From Diplonema japonicum (taxonomy: Eukaryota > Protista > Euglenozoa: Diplonemea), in assembly GCA_964019335.1 (NCBI GenBank), contig OZ025652.1, positions 744,001 to 808,000 of the forward strand: DNA of 64,000 nucleotides, written 5' to 3'. The notes beneath the pieces are model-generated. The model worked only from the letters and a program-made list of their open reading frames with translations, was not told the DNA's origin and did no database searches. Positions 32,493 through 44,600 of this stretch are shown piece after piece; within the stretch, counting starts at the first letter, position 1; every line of letters starts with the position of its first letter. The translations under genes and the position numbers were made by a program.

Positions 32493-32962
32493 ATCGTTAC
32501 TTGAACAGAGAGAAAAAAGAATGAAAGAAAAACGCTCTTTTTTCTTTTTCTTTACCCCTTTTTTTTTCTCTCTCTGTTTTTCACCTTCATACCATTATCT
32601 TCACATCACTTCTAACCCTCAATGCCAGCAGCTGTTGCATAGTTATGGACGGCCTGGGCAACCCAACCTGCCCACGCTGCATCTTTGCAGCTGTTTTAGT
32701 ACGTTTGGCGTCTTCTTTAACTCCCACCTCTGTGTACAAACACAACCAGATATTATATGGCATTCACTTTGTTCGTTTTTTTTTTTTTTTGCCCCTTCCC
32801 GTCATGTGTCCAACCCAATCCCAGTGCAGCGTTCTGTTCTTTTGTCATACCACCACCCCCACACCACTTCCCTTTTATTCAAAGAACAAAAAAAAGCATT
32901 TTGTCTAGCAATAGTTTCATCTAAAAGGGTAAGAGAGAAAGGAGGAGATTAAAAAAAAGAAA

Positions 32963-33406
32963 ATGTTGGGAACACGGAAAGGGAAGTTGTTCCAATTCAT
33001 GAACCACAAAGTGCGGTGCGGTATTGGGAACAACAGGGTCCTTATGGGGCAATTTGTAGCCTTTGACAGTCACCTGAACCTGGTGCTGAGCGGTGCGGAT
33101 GAGTACAAAAGACTTACACATATCGATGAAGATGGAGATGAGTGTGAACTAGAGCAAACACGGCCCTTGGGACTGGTGTTTGTAAGGGGTGAAGCGGTGC
33201 ATTCTATCATAGCAGACAAGCCGAAGAAAAAGAAGAAAAAGAAGAAGAAGGTTGAGGACTTGCCGAAGTCAGCAGACACTGACTCTGCGTTGCAGAAAAA
33301 TCCGAAGAAACGGCCGCGTGAATCGGACCAGATGGACGAGGCGGAGATCATGGCCCGCAGAGCGGCCTTGGAACTAGAGATGAAAAACAGAAAACTAACC
33401 AGCTAG
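32963..33406 (+). CDS. Sm protein, SmB-like, with a poly-Lys tail
   Basis: Sm1 motif G.FVAFDSHLNLVL..ADEY and Sm2 motif R.LGLVFVRGE, with a long loop as in SmB. Confidence 0.85.
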   Translation: MLGTRKGKLFQFMNHKVRCGIGNNRVLMGQFVAFDSHLNLVLSGADEYKRLTHIDEDGDECELEQTRPLGLVFVRGEAVHSIIADKPKKKKKKKKKVEDLPKSADTDSALQKNPKKRPRESDQMDEAEIMARRAALELEMKNRKLTS

Positions 33407-33491
33407 TGTATCATCGCTGGCGGCAACAACTGGATTTCAGTTGCATTTTTTTTCTTTCACTTGTTGATACCCATCACCACCACCACAGGAG

Positions 33492-35075
33492 ATGGACAGT
33501 GCTTCTGAGTCCTCGGAGGATGAGCAGCCGGTGCCGTGTGATGTACAGCTGCTATCAGGCAACCAATTCCGCAAGATGTTAGAAAAAGAGATCAAGAAAC
33601 CCCCCGCCCCCCCGCAAGGGCAAGGGCAAGGCCCCAGAAAATCTACATGCCCCACATGCAAACAAGAACTCAAGAAAGCCCCGCCAAAGCGTAAGGGCCC
33701 CGCAGGGCAGGCCCTGCAAGCTGTCCGCCATATCCCACTGCCCGGAAATTTACAGGAAGAAGGCAAAGCTGAGGAGTTCTACGTCAAGATGCTGGAAGAA
33801 AAAGAGAAAGTAAAAAAGCTCACAGAAGAAGTTAGGGTTTGGAAGAAGAAAGTGATGACAATTGAGAAGGCAACCAAGACAGAGAAGAAGCAGGAGGGCA
33901 CACTGGAGCGCATCATGAATTCAGACAGCAATACACAAAAAGTGAACGCTCTCCTTAAAGAGATTGCGTTGCTGACTGGTACGGTCAAATCACTAAAGGA
34001 TGACAATAAGAACAAGGCCAAGGAGCTGACCGATCTACAGTCAAGCAGTCCGTCGACCGCTAAGGGGCGGTCCAGGAAGATTCTCTCAGACTTGAAGAAA
34101 TCCGATGACACAGTTAACATGCTGCGCACGCAGCTCACGACCATAAGCACCATGAACGCAACATCTCCCTCGGAAGGGGCAGTGTCCTTCTCTCGTGTAG
34201 AGGACCTCAAGCAGCGCAACCTGGACTTGAAGAGCAAACTGAAAGCTTCGAACGAAGAGCTCACGAGGACAAAGGAGACTGCCGCAGATAGACACGTCCA
34301 CGTTTTGATGGCGGAGTGGGCCCTCAGTGCTACACTAAAAAAGAGGCACTTCCTTGACAAACAAGCCGTCGATTTGAACGAGATGCTTGAAGGTGAGCGG
34401 GGTCGACTGGAACGTGCTAAGGAAGAATCACAGAACACCATAAAGCACTTAGAAGACGCAGTGAAGAGGGAACACGACAGGGTGGTGTCTCTGTCAGGAC
34501 AGCTCCAGCAGCTACAGTACCATGCAAAGGGTAAGGGCACTGAAGAGTGGGCGCAGATGGTGAAGTCGTACGAGGACGGCCTTGTGAAGAAAGATGAAGC
34601 CATCACTAGCTTGGAAGGCAAGCTCCTTGAAGAAGAAAGACGTTATCGGGACCACGAGGCACGTGTCAAGGACTCTGACGCGCAAGTGCGGAAGAAGACA
34701 TCTGCGCTCTTCAAAGAAGACATTGTTACTAGAGATGCAACAATCTCGAGGCTAGAAAAAGAGTTGGAAAACCTGACGAAGCAGCTCAAAGGCACCAATT
34801 CGCAGAAAGAGGCCACCATGCGTGCGGCATCTGCGGCCATGTCTGAGCAGGACCACGCATCGAAGAAGCAGGAGGCTACATTCGGAAAGCAAACAGAAAA
34901 GTACAAGAACAAGGTGAACACATTGAAAGAAGACTTGCAGAAGGAAAGACAAGAAACTCAACGGCTAAAAGCACTCCAAGCTAGCCAAGACGCAAAGATA
35001 GAAAAACTGCGTACGGAACGAGAGAAGACCAGACTGAGCACAGGACGCATGATACAAGAAGAAGACGAGATGTGA
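33492..35075 (+). CDS. Long coiled-coil protein (527 aa) with an N-terminal CPTC motif
   Basis: Uninterrupted K/E-rich heptad ORF; ATG after acag. Confidence 0.8.
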   Translation: MDSASESSEDEQPVPCDVQLLSGNQFRKMLEKEIKKPPAPPQGQGQGPRKSTCPTCKQELKKAPPKRKGPAGQALQAVRHIPLPGNLQEEGKAEEFYVKMLEEKEKVKKLTEEVRVWKKKVMTIEKATKTEKKQEGTLERIMNSDSNTQKVNALLKEIALLTGTVKSLKDDNKNKAKELTDLQSSSPSTAKGRSRKILSDLKKSDDTVNMLRTQLTTISTMNATSPSEGAVSFSRVEDLKQRNLDLKSKLKASNEELTRTKETAADRHVHVLMAEWALSATLKKRHFLDKQAVDLNEMLEGERGRLERAKEESQNTIKHLEDAVKREHDRVVSLSGQLQQLQYHAKGKGTEEWAQMVKSYEDGLVKKDEAITSLEGKLLEEERRYRDHEARVKDSDAQVRKKTSALFKEDIVTRDATISRLEKELENLTKQLKGTNSQKEATMRAASAAMSEQDHASKKQEATFGKQTEKYKNKVNTLKEDLQKERQETQRLKALQASQDAKIEKLRTEREKTRLSTGRMIQEEDEM

Positions 35076-35165
35076 CCCTATCCTCATCCTTATCCTTATC
35101 CTTATCCTTATCCTTATCCTTATCCTTATCCTTATCCTTATCCTTATCCTTATCCTTATCCTTAT
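35076..35165. repeat. Hexanucleotide microsatellite (CCTTAT)13 plus two variant units
   Basis: ccctat cctcat (ccttat)x13 directly after the TGA at 35075. Confidence 0.97.
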
Positions 35166-35236
35166 ACAGTTGTAGATGTGATTGTAATTGTTTCATTTTG
35201 GTGTTCTCAATCCATTATCTATAAAGCACTACAGGA

Positions 35237-36046
35237 ATGCCTGGGAGGGTATCCATATCAGAGGCCTGGGTTGCCGATGATGAGGGTATCAGCAAGTCGG
35301 TGTCTGCTTGGAGGGAGCGCCGGTTAGCGTCACCTGAAAGAGAGCTCCCAACACCTGCACCAGTGCCGCCCATGATGCACACGGATGCTGGAACACCAAA
35401 GATACGGAGAGATAACTTGCACGAATTGGGAAAGGTGTTGTCAGATCAGCTCATTGTGCCCTCGCAGCACAAGAGGGGTGATTCAAGTGAGTCGGACCAT
35501 GAGGACGAGAGGTATAACGTGGAGATTTTAAACATAAAGAAGGAGAAGTACAAGTTGATGTGGCGGCGTGCGGAGGACGAGCTACGGAGTTACCGCATCT
35601 CACGGTCTGTGCAAAGATCACGGTCAGGACGCAGCGAGGACCCCGTGTGGGTGAACATCCACCACATTGTATTGGCAGCACTCCTATCGTTGGTGACATG
35701 CTGTGTTGCGGAGACGGGGCTGAACAGAAAGGAGATGGGACGCGTCATTGAGAGGCAGCTCGGCAGACTACGGCTTGTCGAGATGCAACGCAACGCACTT
35801 CAGAGAGAACGAGACAGTATGCAGACAGAGCTCGTCCACCTTAAAGCCACACATGAGAAGCTTCTGGAGCACATCTCGGAGGGAAAATTCGTAAAAACAA
35901 AAAAGAAACAACCCCCACCAGTCCAGTCCCCCTCTGTCTACCCCTACTCTATCTCGTCCCCGCAGCCTGTTATACGACCTTCCGCAGTCACTGTCATCAG
36001 CAGAAGACCCAGGAGCATCACCCCCAAAACCCTGTCGTACAGGTAG
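35237..36046 (+). CDS. Hypothetical coiled-coil protein (269 aa)
   Basis: ATG after acag; coding-like composition; no family recognised. Confidence 0.7.
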   Translation: MPGRVSISEAWVADDEGISKSVSAWRERRLASPERELPTPAPVPPMMHTDAGTPKIRRDNLHELGKVLSDQLIVPSQHKRGDSSESDHEDERYNVEILNIKKEKYKLMWRRAEDELRSYRISRSVQRSRSGRSEDPVWVNIHHIVLAALLSLVTCCVAETGLNRKEMGRVIERQLGRLRLVEMQRNALQRERDSMQTELVHLKATHEKLLEHISEGKFVKTKKKQPPPVQSPSVYPYSISSPQPVIRPSAVTVISRRPRSITPKTLSYR

Positions 36047-36355
36047 CCTTTCTTAGATTATTAGACTCTTACTCTTTCTTCAACATGGCGCAGCTTCTGG
36101 CCGCCACGATCGGACGAGCCCGTGGCCCTCCCACAGGCAAGCATCTGAAGTCTCGCAGCACTCTCCGAGGATGCATATGTGCTTTTATATTTTTATCTTT
36201 TCCTCATGCTGTATAAGTTTCTTTTTTGTTTTGTTTTTTTCTTGTGTTTCTCCTTTCTTTTTTTTTTTCTTGTTCTCTTTGAAAAAAAATTAGATATTCC
36301 GTTAAACTAGCGGCACATTGTCTTACTTTCCAACCCCTACAGACCCTACAGACGG

Positions 36356-37138
36356 ATGGAGGATGAGGTTATCCATGTCGCCAAGATCTCGCAGCAGGAG
36401 CAGCTGATGATTGACAGACTGAAACAGAGTGCGGAGCAGAAAGAGAAAGATGTTGCTGATGAAGAGGTGGTACACGTTACAAAGATAAGTATGGGAGAGA
36501 GGGCAATGCTGGAGAGGATGGCCGCAGAACAGGAGGATGAACCGACTACGCCAACGGTGGAAGTTGATACTGTTTCTAAACCGATCACACAATCACCACA
36601 AGTTGTGCAAACACAAGAAACTAAAATCACACAACTCAAGTCTTGGGAACTCGAACGTGAGCTGGTCCGCGACCCTCGCCTGTTGCACACTTTTGTTGAA
36701 GCACTTTACTACTATCATGATTCCGACATCCACAAGCTGCTCCAAGGTGTCGCTGACACTGTCGACAAGAGCTTTCCGGAGCACAAAGTCACTAAAAAGG
36801 TGAAGGTTACAAAAATAGGCGGTGTTGTCAAAACAGGTCCTTCACAATGTCTCCGGCCACACAGGCAGCACCTCCAGGACCAGCAGGCGTCCTCACAGCT
36901 CACCCGCCTCACTACCGCCTTCACACGCATGGACGACACCAACAAAGGCTTCATCACCCCTAAACAGCTTGTATACTGTCTGGACAGCGACCCCACTATA
37001 CGCCGTCTTATAGCACATAGCTGCTTTGCTTCCCCTCAACTTGTACTTGATCTCAAACAGCTGGTCAAGACACTGCCCTCGCAGACTCGTGTTTATCCCA
37101 AAGACTTGAACAGCTACATCACCTCCCTTAACCGCTAG
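36356..37138 (+). CDS. Hypothetical protein with an N-terminal duplicated motif and an EF-hand-like loop
   Basis: EDEVIHVAKISQQE / DEEVVHVTKISMGE repeat; AF.RMDDTNKGFITPKQL. Confidence 0.7.
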   Translation: MEDEVIHVAKISQQEQLMIDRLKQSAEQKEKDVADEEVVHVTKISMGERAMLERMAAEQEDEPTTPTVEVDTVSKPITQSPQVVQTQETKITQLKSWELERELVRDPRLLHTFVEALYYYHDSDIHKLLQGVADTVDKSFPEHKVTKKVKVTKIGGVVKTGPSQCLRPHRQHLQDQQASSQLTRLTTAFTRMDDTNKGFITPKQLVYCLDSDPTIRRLIAHSCFASPQLVLDLKQLVKTLPSQTRVYPKDLNSYITSLNR

Positions 37139-37219
37139 AGTTAGATATATAGATGGAAGTAAGTAGTTATTAATTTCCGTGTTAGACCCTCAACCTGATT
37201 TGCGACAGGAACAAACAAC

Positions 37220-38017
37220 ATGGTGTTCTGTTCGTGCCATGTCGAGGGGTACCGTAAGGAAGGCGAAGGCCACGGGGACAACCCGCACATCGAACACGGC
37301 TACCGGTTGGGAATGAACAACTATTGGCGTGCTATGTCGTCTGTCTTTATGTGGCACAATGAAACCTTGAATATATGGTCGCATCTCATACCTGCGGCAT
37401 ATTGCTTGTGGATGCTGGTGTGGGAGAAGCAGGAAAACACTGCGGTATTCCTGACCTTGGCAAGCGGGATGATATGTCTCCTTATTAGTAGTTTGTATCA
37501 CACGTTCAAGTGCGTCTCGCAGAAGTCTTACGACTTGTGGCTGCGCTTTGATATCAGTTGTATCTTCCTCTCGCTCATCTCACAGATCTGCTGTGCCATC
37601 TTCCTGGGTTTCAAGTGCGACAAGTACGAACAGGCCTTTTACATTGCGAGCTTTGGGATCTCCGGTCTCACGATATTTGCAAAATTTATCTCAGATCCGA
37701 ACTTCGTGCCCGACGTGCAGCTTGTCATTCTAGTGGCCCTCACCTCTTTCTCCCTCGTGCACTGGGTGATGCTCAAAGGTGGCTTTTCGGACCCTTATAC
37801 ATGGCATTTCTTCACTCGTATCATAATACTCTACACCATTTACGCCTCGGGGATGTTCTTCTTTGTCACGAGACTCCCGGAGTCCCGATATCCTGGTAAA
37901 TTCGACATCGTCTGTTCCTCTCATCAGATTTGGCACTGCTTCATGGCGTGCGGCATGATCTGGGCTTACAATCTGGTTTTAGATTTTTCTACATTACGCG
38001 ACCCGCACTGTCGTTGA
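37220..38017 (+). CDS. PAQR/adiponectin-receptor (hemolysin III) family 7-TM protein
   Basis: HNETLNIWSH, SSLYHTF, D..CI and PE..YPGKFD..SSHQIWH zinc-site motifs. Confidence 0.93.
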   Translation: MVFCSCHVEGYRKEGEGHGDNPHIEHGYRLGMNNYWRAMSSVFMWHNETLNIWSHLIPAAYCLWMLVWEKQENTAVFLTLASGMICLLISSLYHTFKCVSQKSYDLWLRFDISCIFLSLISQICCAIFLGFKCDKYEQAFYIASFGISGLTIFAKFISDPNFVPDVQLVILVALTSFSLVHWVMLKGGFSDPYTWHFFTRIIILYTIYASGMFFFVTRLPESRYPGKFDIVCSSHQIWHCFMACGMIWAYNLVLDFSTLRDPHCR

Positions 38018-38127
38018 GGACTAACTTGTTCCCCCCATCAGTGATTTCTTCAACCCCCTTTAATGCAAAAAAAAAAAAAGAAAAAAAAAACTACTTACTT
38101 TTACAGCTTTTAGCACACTAAGAAACA

Positions 38128-38593
38128 ATGGGTAAGCCCCGTGGTATCAACACCGCTCGTAAGCTTAAGACGAGGAGGAGGACCCAGAAGTGGGCAGACA
38201 AGGACTGGAAGAAGGCGCACTTGTCGGTGTCGATCAAGGCTAACGTCTTCGGTGGATCTTCCCACGTGAAGGGAATTGTGCTGGAGAAGATCGGTGTTGA
38301 GGCCAAGCAGCCTAACTCCGCCATCCGTAAGTGCGTCCGTGTGCAGCTCATCAAGAACGGTAAGAAAATCCTTGCCTTCGTCCCCAACGACGGTTGCCTT
38401 CACTTCGTGGAGGAGAACGATGAAGTCCTTGTCGCTGGTCTCGGTAGGTCTGGGCACGCCGTCGGTGATATTCCGGGGGTCCGTTTCAAGATCAGCAAGG
38501 TATACCCCCAAACTATCAAAACACCACCTACAGGTCTCGGGTGTTGGTCTCTTCGCCTTGTACCGTGAGAAGAAGGAGAAGCCCCGTTCTTAG
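38128..38593 (+). CDS. RPS23: 40S ribosomal protein S23 (uS12); intron 38500-38533
   Basis: [26 protein letters not shown] and GDIPGVRFK. Splicing gives [20 protein letters not shown]. Confidence 0.98.
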
Positions 38594-38672
38594 ATAGGCT
38601 TTTTACCGATCACATTCTCTCTTAACACTTTTCAAACATCACCCCCTCCACAGGTTGTATGAACATGTTACA

Positions 38673-41600
38673 ATGCTGTCAACTCGATCACTTTTGATAT
38701 CCCTACTCGTACATGCTGTCTGTGTATTAGGTGTGTGCTATTTAATTGAGGGTGGAACATTTACAAAACCATTTCGCCTACATAGCCACAGTTTCTGTTC
38801 TCTTGAAAAAATATTTTGCTTGAAAAAACAATCGAACCAGTGTTCTGATGTTGGCAGGATGGGTTACTTGATAATGTCACGTACCTGCTTCTGGGCCACA
38901 CAGATCAACTAAACCAGCCCCGAGCCCGCAGACTGCTACAGTTCTTAATTCATCTTACTTTAGAGCCCGGCATTAGTACCAAATAATGTTTTTACCTCAA
39001 TATCTCACCGACACACCCACAGGCGCCCCACCTACTGCTCAACCGACATTCGCCCCGACACTAGTTCCAACCACCACCCCGTCAGCTGTACCAACAGCCA
39101 CTCCCACTGCTGTACCCACAAGTGCTCCAGCGACAGTGACTCCAACCACACCACCAACAGCTGTTCCCACACTTGTTCCTGGATCATCTGCCGTTCCAAC
39201 AGTCACACCAACTGATGTACCGACGGCACTGCCAACAGCAACACCTACAGCCACCCCCACTGCTGTACCCACAAGTGCTCCAGCGACAGTGACTCCAACA
39301 GGTGTCCCAACCACACCACCAACAGCTGTTCCCACACTCGTTCCTGGGTCATCAGCTGTTCCCACAGTCACACCAACCGATGTACCGACAGCTGTACCAA
39401 CCGCATCCCCCACCACTATGCCTACGGCTGCTCCTACAGCCACCCCAACTGACGTCCCCACCCTCACACCCGGGACTACGGCGACACCAACGAACGTTCC
39501 CACGTTGGCCCCGGGGACGACAGTAACCCCAACTGTATCTCCGACAGCAACACCTACAGCCACTCCCACAGCAGAGCCAACAGGTGCTCCAGTGACAACA
39601 CCTCCAACGGCTGTTCCCACATTTGTTCCAGGGAGCACTGCCATACCAACAACCACTCCCACTGCTGTACCCACAAGTGCTCCAGCGACAGTGACTCCAA
39701 CAGGTGTTCCAACCACACCACCAACAGCTGTTCCCACACTCGTTCCTGGGTCATCTGCCGTTCCAACAGTCACACCAACTGATGTACCGACGGCACTGCC
39801 AACAACAACACCAACAGCCACTCCCACAGCAGAGCCAACAGGCGCGCCACTGACAACATCTCCAACGGCTGTTCCCACACTTGTTCCTGGGAGCACTGCC
39901 ATGCCAACAGCCACTCCAACAGCTGAACCCACAAGTGCTCCAGCGACAGTGACTCCAACTGATGCTCCAACAGCATCTCCAACAGCTGTTCCCACACTTG
40001 TTCCAGGGAGCACTGCCATGCCAACAGCCATCCCCACTGCTGAACCAACAGCTGTTCCAACAGTCGCACCAACTGATGTACCGACAGCATTGCCAACAGC
40101 AACACCTACAGCAGAGCCAACAGACGCGCCACTGACAACATCTCCAACAGCTGTTCCCACACTCGTTCCTGGGTCATCAGCTGTTCCAACAGTCACACCA
40201 ACTGATGTACCAACGGCACTGCCAACAGCAACACCTACAGCCACTCCCACAGCAGAACCAACTGGGGCTCCACAGACAACAACTCCAACCGATGCTCCCA
40301 CGCTTGTTCCAGGGAGCACTGCCATACCAACAACCACTCCCACTGCTGTACCCACAAGTGCTCCAGCGACAGTGACTCCAACAGGTGTTCCAACTACACC
40401 ACCAACAGCTGTTCCCACACTTGTTCCTGGGTCATCAGCTGTTCCAACAGTCACACCAACCGATGTACCGACGGCACTGCCTACTACATCACCTACAGCC
40501 ACTCCCACAGCAGAGCCAACAGGTGCTCCACTGACAACACCTCCAACGGCTGTTCCCACACTTGTTCCAGGGAGCACTGCCATACCGACAATCACCCCCA
40601 CTGCTGAACCCACAAGTGCTCCAGCGACAGTGACTCCAACAGGTATCCCAACTGTTCCCACACTTGTTCCTGGGTCAACAGCTGTTCCAACAGTCGCACC
40701 AACTGATGTACCGACAGCATTGCCAACAGCAACACCTACAGCAGAGCCAACAGACGCGCCACTGACAACATCTCCAACAGCTGTTCCCACACTCGTTCCT
40801 GGGTCATCAGCCGTTCCAACAGTCACACCAACTGATGTACCGACGGCACTGCCAACAGCAACACCTACAGCCACTCCCACAGCAGAGCCAACAGACGCGC
40901 CACTGACAACATCTCCAACGGCTGTTCCCACATTTGTTCCAGGGAGCACTGCCATACCAACAACCACTCCCACTGCTGTACCCACAAGTGCTCCAGCGAC
41001 AGTGACTCCAACAGGTGTTCCAACAGCATCCCCAACAGCTGTTCCCACACTTGTTCCTGGGTCAACAGCTGTTCCAACAGTCGCACCAACTGATGTACCG
41101 ACAGCACTGCCAACAGCAACACCTACAGCCACTCCCACAGCAGAGCCAACCGATGCTCCAACGGCTGTTCCCACACTTGTTCCAGGGAGCACAGCTGTAC
41201 CGACAACCACTCCCACTGCTGTACCCACAAGTGCTCCGTCGACTGTAACTCCGACAGCTTTTCCTACTCTTGTTCCTGGCGCAACTGTAGTACCTACGGT
41301 TACACCAACCGATGCACCTACTGCTGTGCCAATTACACCTTCGGCTATTCCTACAGCCATTCCCACAGCAGAGCCGACAGGTGCTCCAACGACAACATCT
41401 CCAACAGCTGTTCCCACACTTGTTCCTGGGTCAACAGCTATCCCAACGATTGTACCAACTGATGTACCGACGGCACTGCCAACTACGGCACCTACAGCCA
41501 CTCCCACAGCGGAGCCAACCGATGCTCCAGCGACAACATCTCCAACGGCCATTTCCACACTCGTTCCAGGGAATACTGCTATGCCAACAATTACTCCCAC

Positions 41601-44600
41601 TGCTGTACCCACAGGTGCTCCGTCGACGGTGACTCCAACAGCTATTCCAACCACACCACCAACGGCTGTTCCCACACTTGTTCCAGGGAGCACTGCCATG
41701 CCGACAGCTACTCCCACTGCTGAACCCACAAGTGCTCCAGCAACAGTGACTCCAACAACCACACCACCAACAGGTGTTCCCACACTCGTTCCTGGATTAT
41801 CTACTGTTCCAACAGTCACACCAACTGATGTACCGACGGCACTGCCAACAGCAACACCTACAGCCACTCCCACAGCAGAGCCAACAGACGCGCCACTGAC
41901 AACATCTCCAACGGCTGTTCCCACATTTGTTCCAGGGAGCACTGCCATACCAACAACCACTCCCACTGCTGTACCCACAAGTGCTCCAGCGACAGTGACT
42001 CCAACAGGTGTTCCAACAGCATCCCCAACAGCTGTTCCCACACTTGTTCCTGGGTCAACAGCTGTTCCAACAGTCACACCAACTGATGTACCGACAGCAC
42101 TTCCGACAGCAACACCTACAGCCACTCCCACAGCAGAGCCAACAGGCACGCCACTGACAACATCTCCAACGGCTGTTCCCACACTTGTTCCAGGGAATAC
42201 TGCTTTGCCAACAACCACCCCGTCAGCTATGCCAACAACCACTCCCACTGTGGAACCCACAAGTGCTCCAGCGACAGTGACTCCAACCACACCACCAACA
42301 GCTGTTCCCACACTTGTTCCTGGGTCAACAGCTATTCCAACGATTGTACCAACCGATGTACCGACGGCACTGCCAACAGCATCACCTACAGCCACTCCCA
42401 CAGCAGAACCAACGGGTGTTCCGACATCCATGCCCATCGCTCCTACGACGGCTATTCCCACACTTATCCCCGGGAGTACTGCTGTACCAACAGCCACTCC
42501 CACCGCAGTGCCCACGAGTGCTCCAACAACAGTGTCTCCAACCACACTACCAACGGCTATCCCTACGGTTGCACCAACTGATGTACCGACGGCACTACCA
42601 ACAGTTGTTCCGACAAATCCACCAACGTTGACTCCAGGCACCACTGCAGTGCCTACAGCGCAGCCTACTTCTATCCCAACAGGTAAGGTCGAAGAGTGAA
42701 GAGAGAAAAAAAAAAAAAAAAAAAAAAACAGGATCAACAGCCACACCGACTTCGGTCCCTGCGAACAGCCCCACTAGTGTCCCGACATTGTCCCCTGGGA
42801 TAACAGCGACACCAACAGAAGTACCTACAGCCGTTCCAACTCTGACACCAGGTGTGCTTTTGGGAAATATACTAAATTGTTATCAAAATTAAAAGGTACA
42901 ACGGCCACACCGACAGCTGTACCAACCGCATCACCGACACACGTACCAGGCACCACTGCATCCCCCACCACTATACCTACGGCTGCTCCTACAGCCACCC
43001 CAACTGACGTCCCCACCCTCACACCCGGGACTACGGCGACACCAACGAACGTTCCCACGTTGGCCCCGGGGACGACAGTAACCCCAACTGTATCTCCGAC
43101 AGCAACACCTTCCTCAATACCAACAGCGAGCCCCACTGCTGGTCCTACACCGGTTCCTGGAACAGCAGTTCCGACCATCACTCCAACAGCGTCTCCAACA
43201 CAGATCCCCACGGATGCCCCCACTGCTGTTCCAACTAGCGTGCCGACGTTAGCACCTGGGTCAACTGCTGTTCCAACAGCGACCCCCACAGTGTCACCAA
43301 CAAGCATGCCAACCGCAACCCCTACTTCTGCACCTACTGGAATACCGACAACAGTACCCACTGCTGTCCCAACAACAGTACCCACTGCTGCTCCAACAAC
43401 AGCACCCACAACGACAGTGCCCACTGCTGTCCCAACGACAGTACCCACCGCTGTCCCGACTTTCACCCCAACGGCTATGCCGACTTTAAGTCCGAGGTCC
43501 ACTGCAGTACCAACCGTACCGACACTCAGCCCAGGAACAACATCAACACCTACAGCACTTCCTACAACCACACCGACGACTCTTAACCCCACTGCAACGG
43601 CAATACCTACGAGTCCACCGACAGCTATTCCCACCTCAGTGCCCACAGCCATGCCATCTGTTGCTCCTTCAACAGTAATTCCAACTAGTGCCCCAGTGAC
43701 ACCAACCTTTGCGCCCATCCAAAGCTGCGACTACAACGCATTTGATGCCCCTCGATTATCAAACTCAAACTGCAGCAACAATGTTGCAAATGGTATCGTT
43801 TGCAGCGTCAGCCATAGCAGTTTAGTGTGTGGGAACACAGAGTGTATTAATGGGAGGTGGTTGCCATCCAAAGTGACGTGTGACTGCTCATACAACTCGT
43901 TGTCGTCTGTAGCAGGTGCCGATGTCCATGGCAACGGTTGCATCGCAGGAGGTGTTGTGGTGGACAAGGGTGGGTGTGCTTATGTAAGAAATGGCTGGTC
44001 GTGCGGCAGTGTTGTGTGTGATTCGGGAGTATGGAACACTTCGCAATGGAGTGGCTACCCGACGTGCACACCCAACTCGTGCGCGTATGACGATCTAGTG
44101 CTGTCGGTGGGAGCAGGCAACGGCCTGAATGGGTGTGTGGCAGGCGGAACCGTTATTAGTGGTGGTGCTTGCGGTATCTCTCAGAAAGGCTACAGTTGCG
44201 AAGTTGTGACGTGCATCGAAGGGAGGTGGAATACAACAGCACCCTCGTGCACTCCCAAAAGTTGTGCATTTAATGCTCTAGCTGTGGTTGCTGGCATCAC
44301 TGCAGCAGGGAACGGTTGCAATAATGGAGGGGGTGTCACGAGCGGGAACTGGTGCTCATTCAGCCGCACGGGTTACACTTGCAGCAGTGTGGCGTGCTTT
44401 GCAGGCGCGTGGAACACTACAGGCCCGTCGTGCACAGCCAACGACTGCTTATTTACCGAAAGCCGACTGCCCATTCCAACTTCTGTGTCTCAGGATTGCA
44501 GGTTTGGCGACCAGGTCCGCAGCGGGGCTACATGTTCGTTCAGTGCTCACGGCCATGTGTGCAACGAGACTCAGTGCACTGCCGGTGAATGGGCGCTGCC

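Noticed and set aside
34981-35196. (KD)n ORF and possible telomeric repeat
   Set aside because: Translation of the CCTTAT microsatellite; the unit is not CCCTAA and is interstitial.
38786-38805. acagtttctgt resembling part of euglenozoan spliced leaders
   Set aside because: Only 11 nt match, inside the mucin 5' intron region, with no SL gene context.
39039-43718. 1235-aa and 297-aa minus-strand ORFs (VGTAVG repeats)
   Set aside because: Antisense shadows of the Thr/Pro/Ala/Val mucin codons, which rarely create stops on the other strand.
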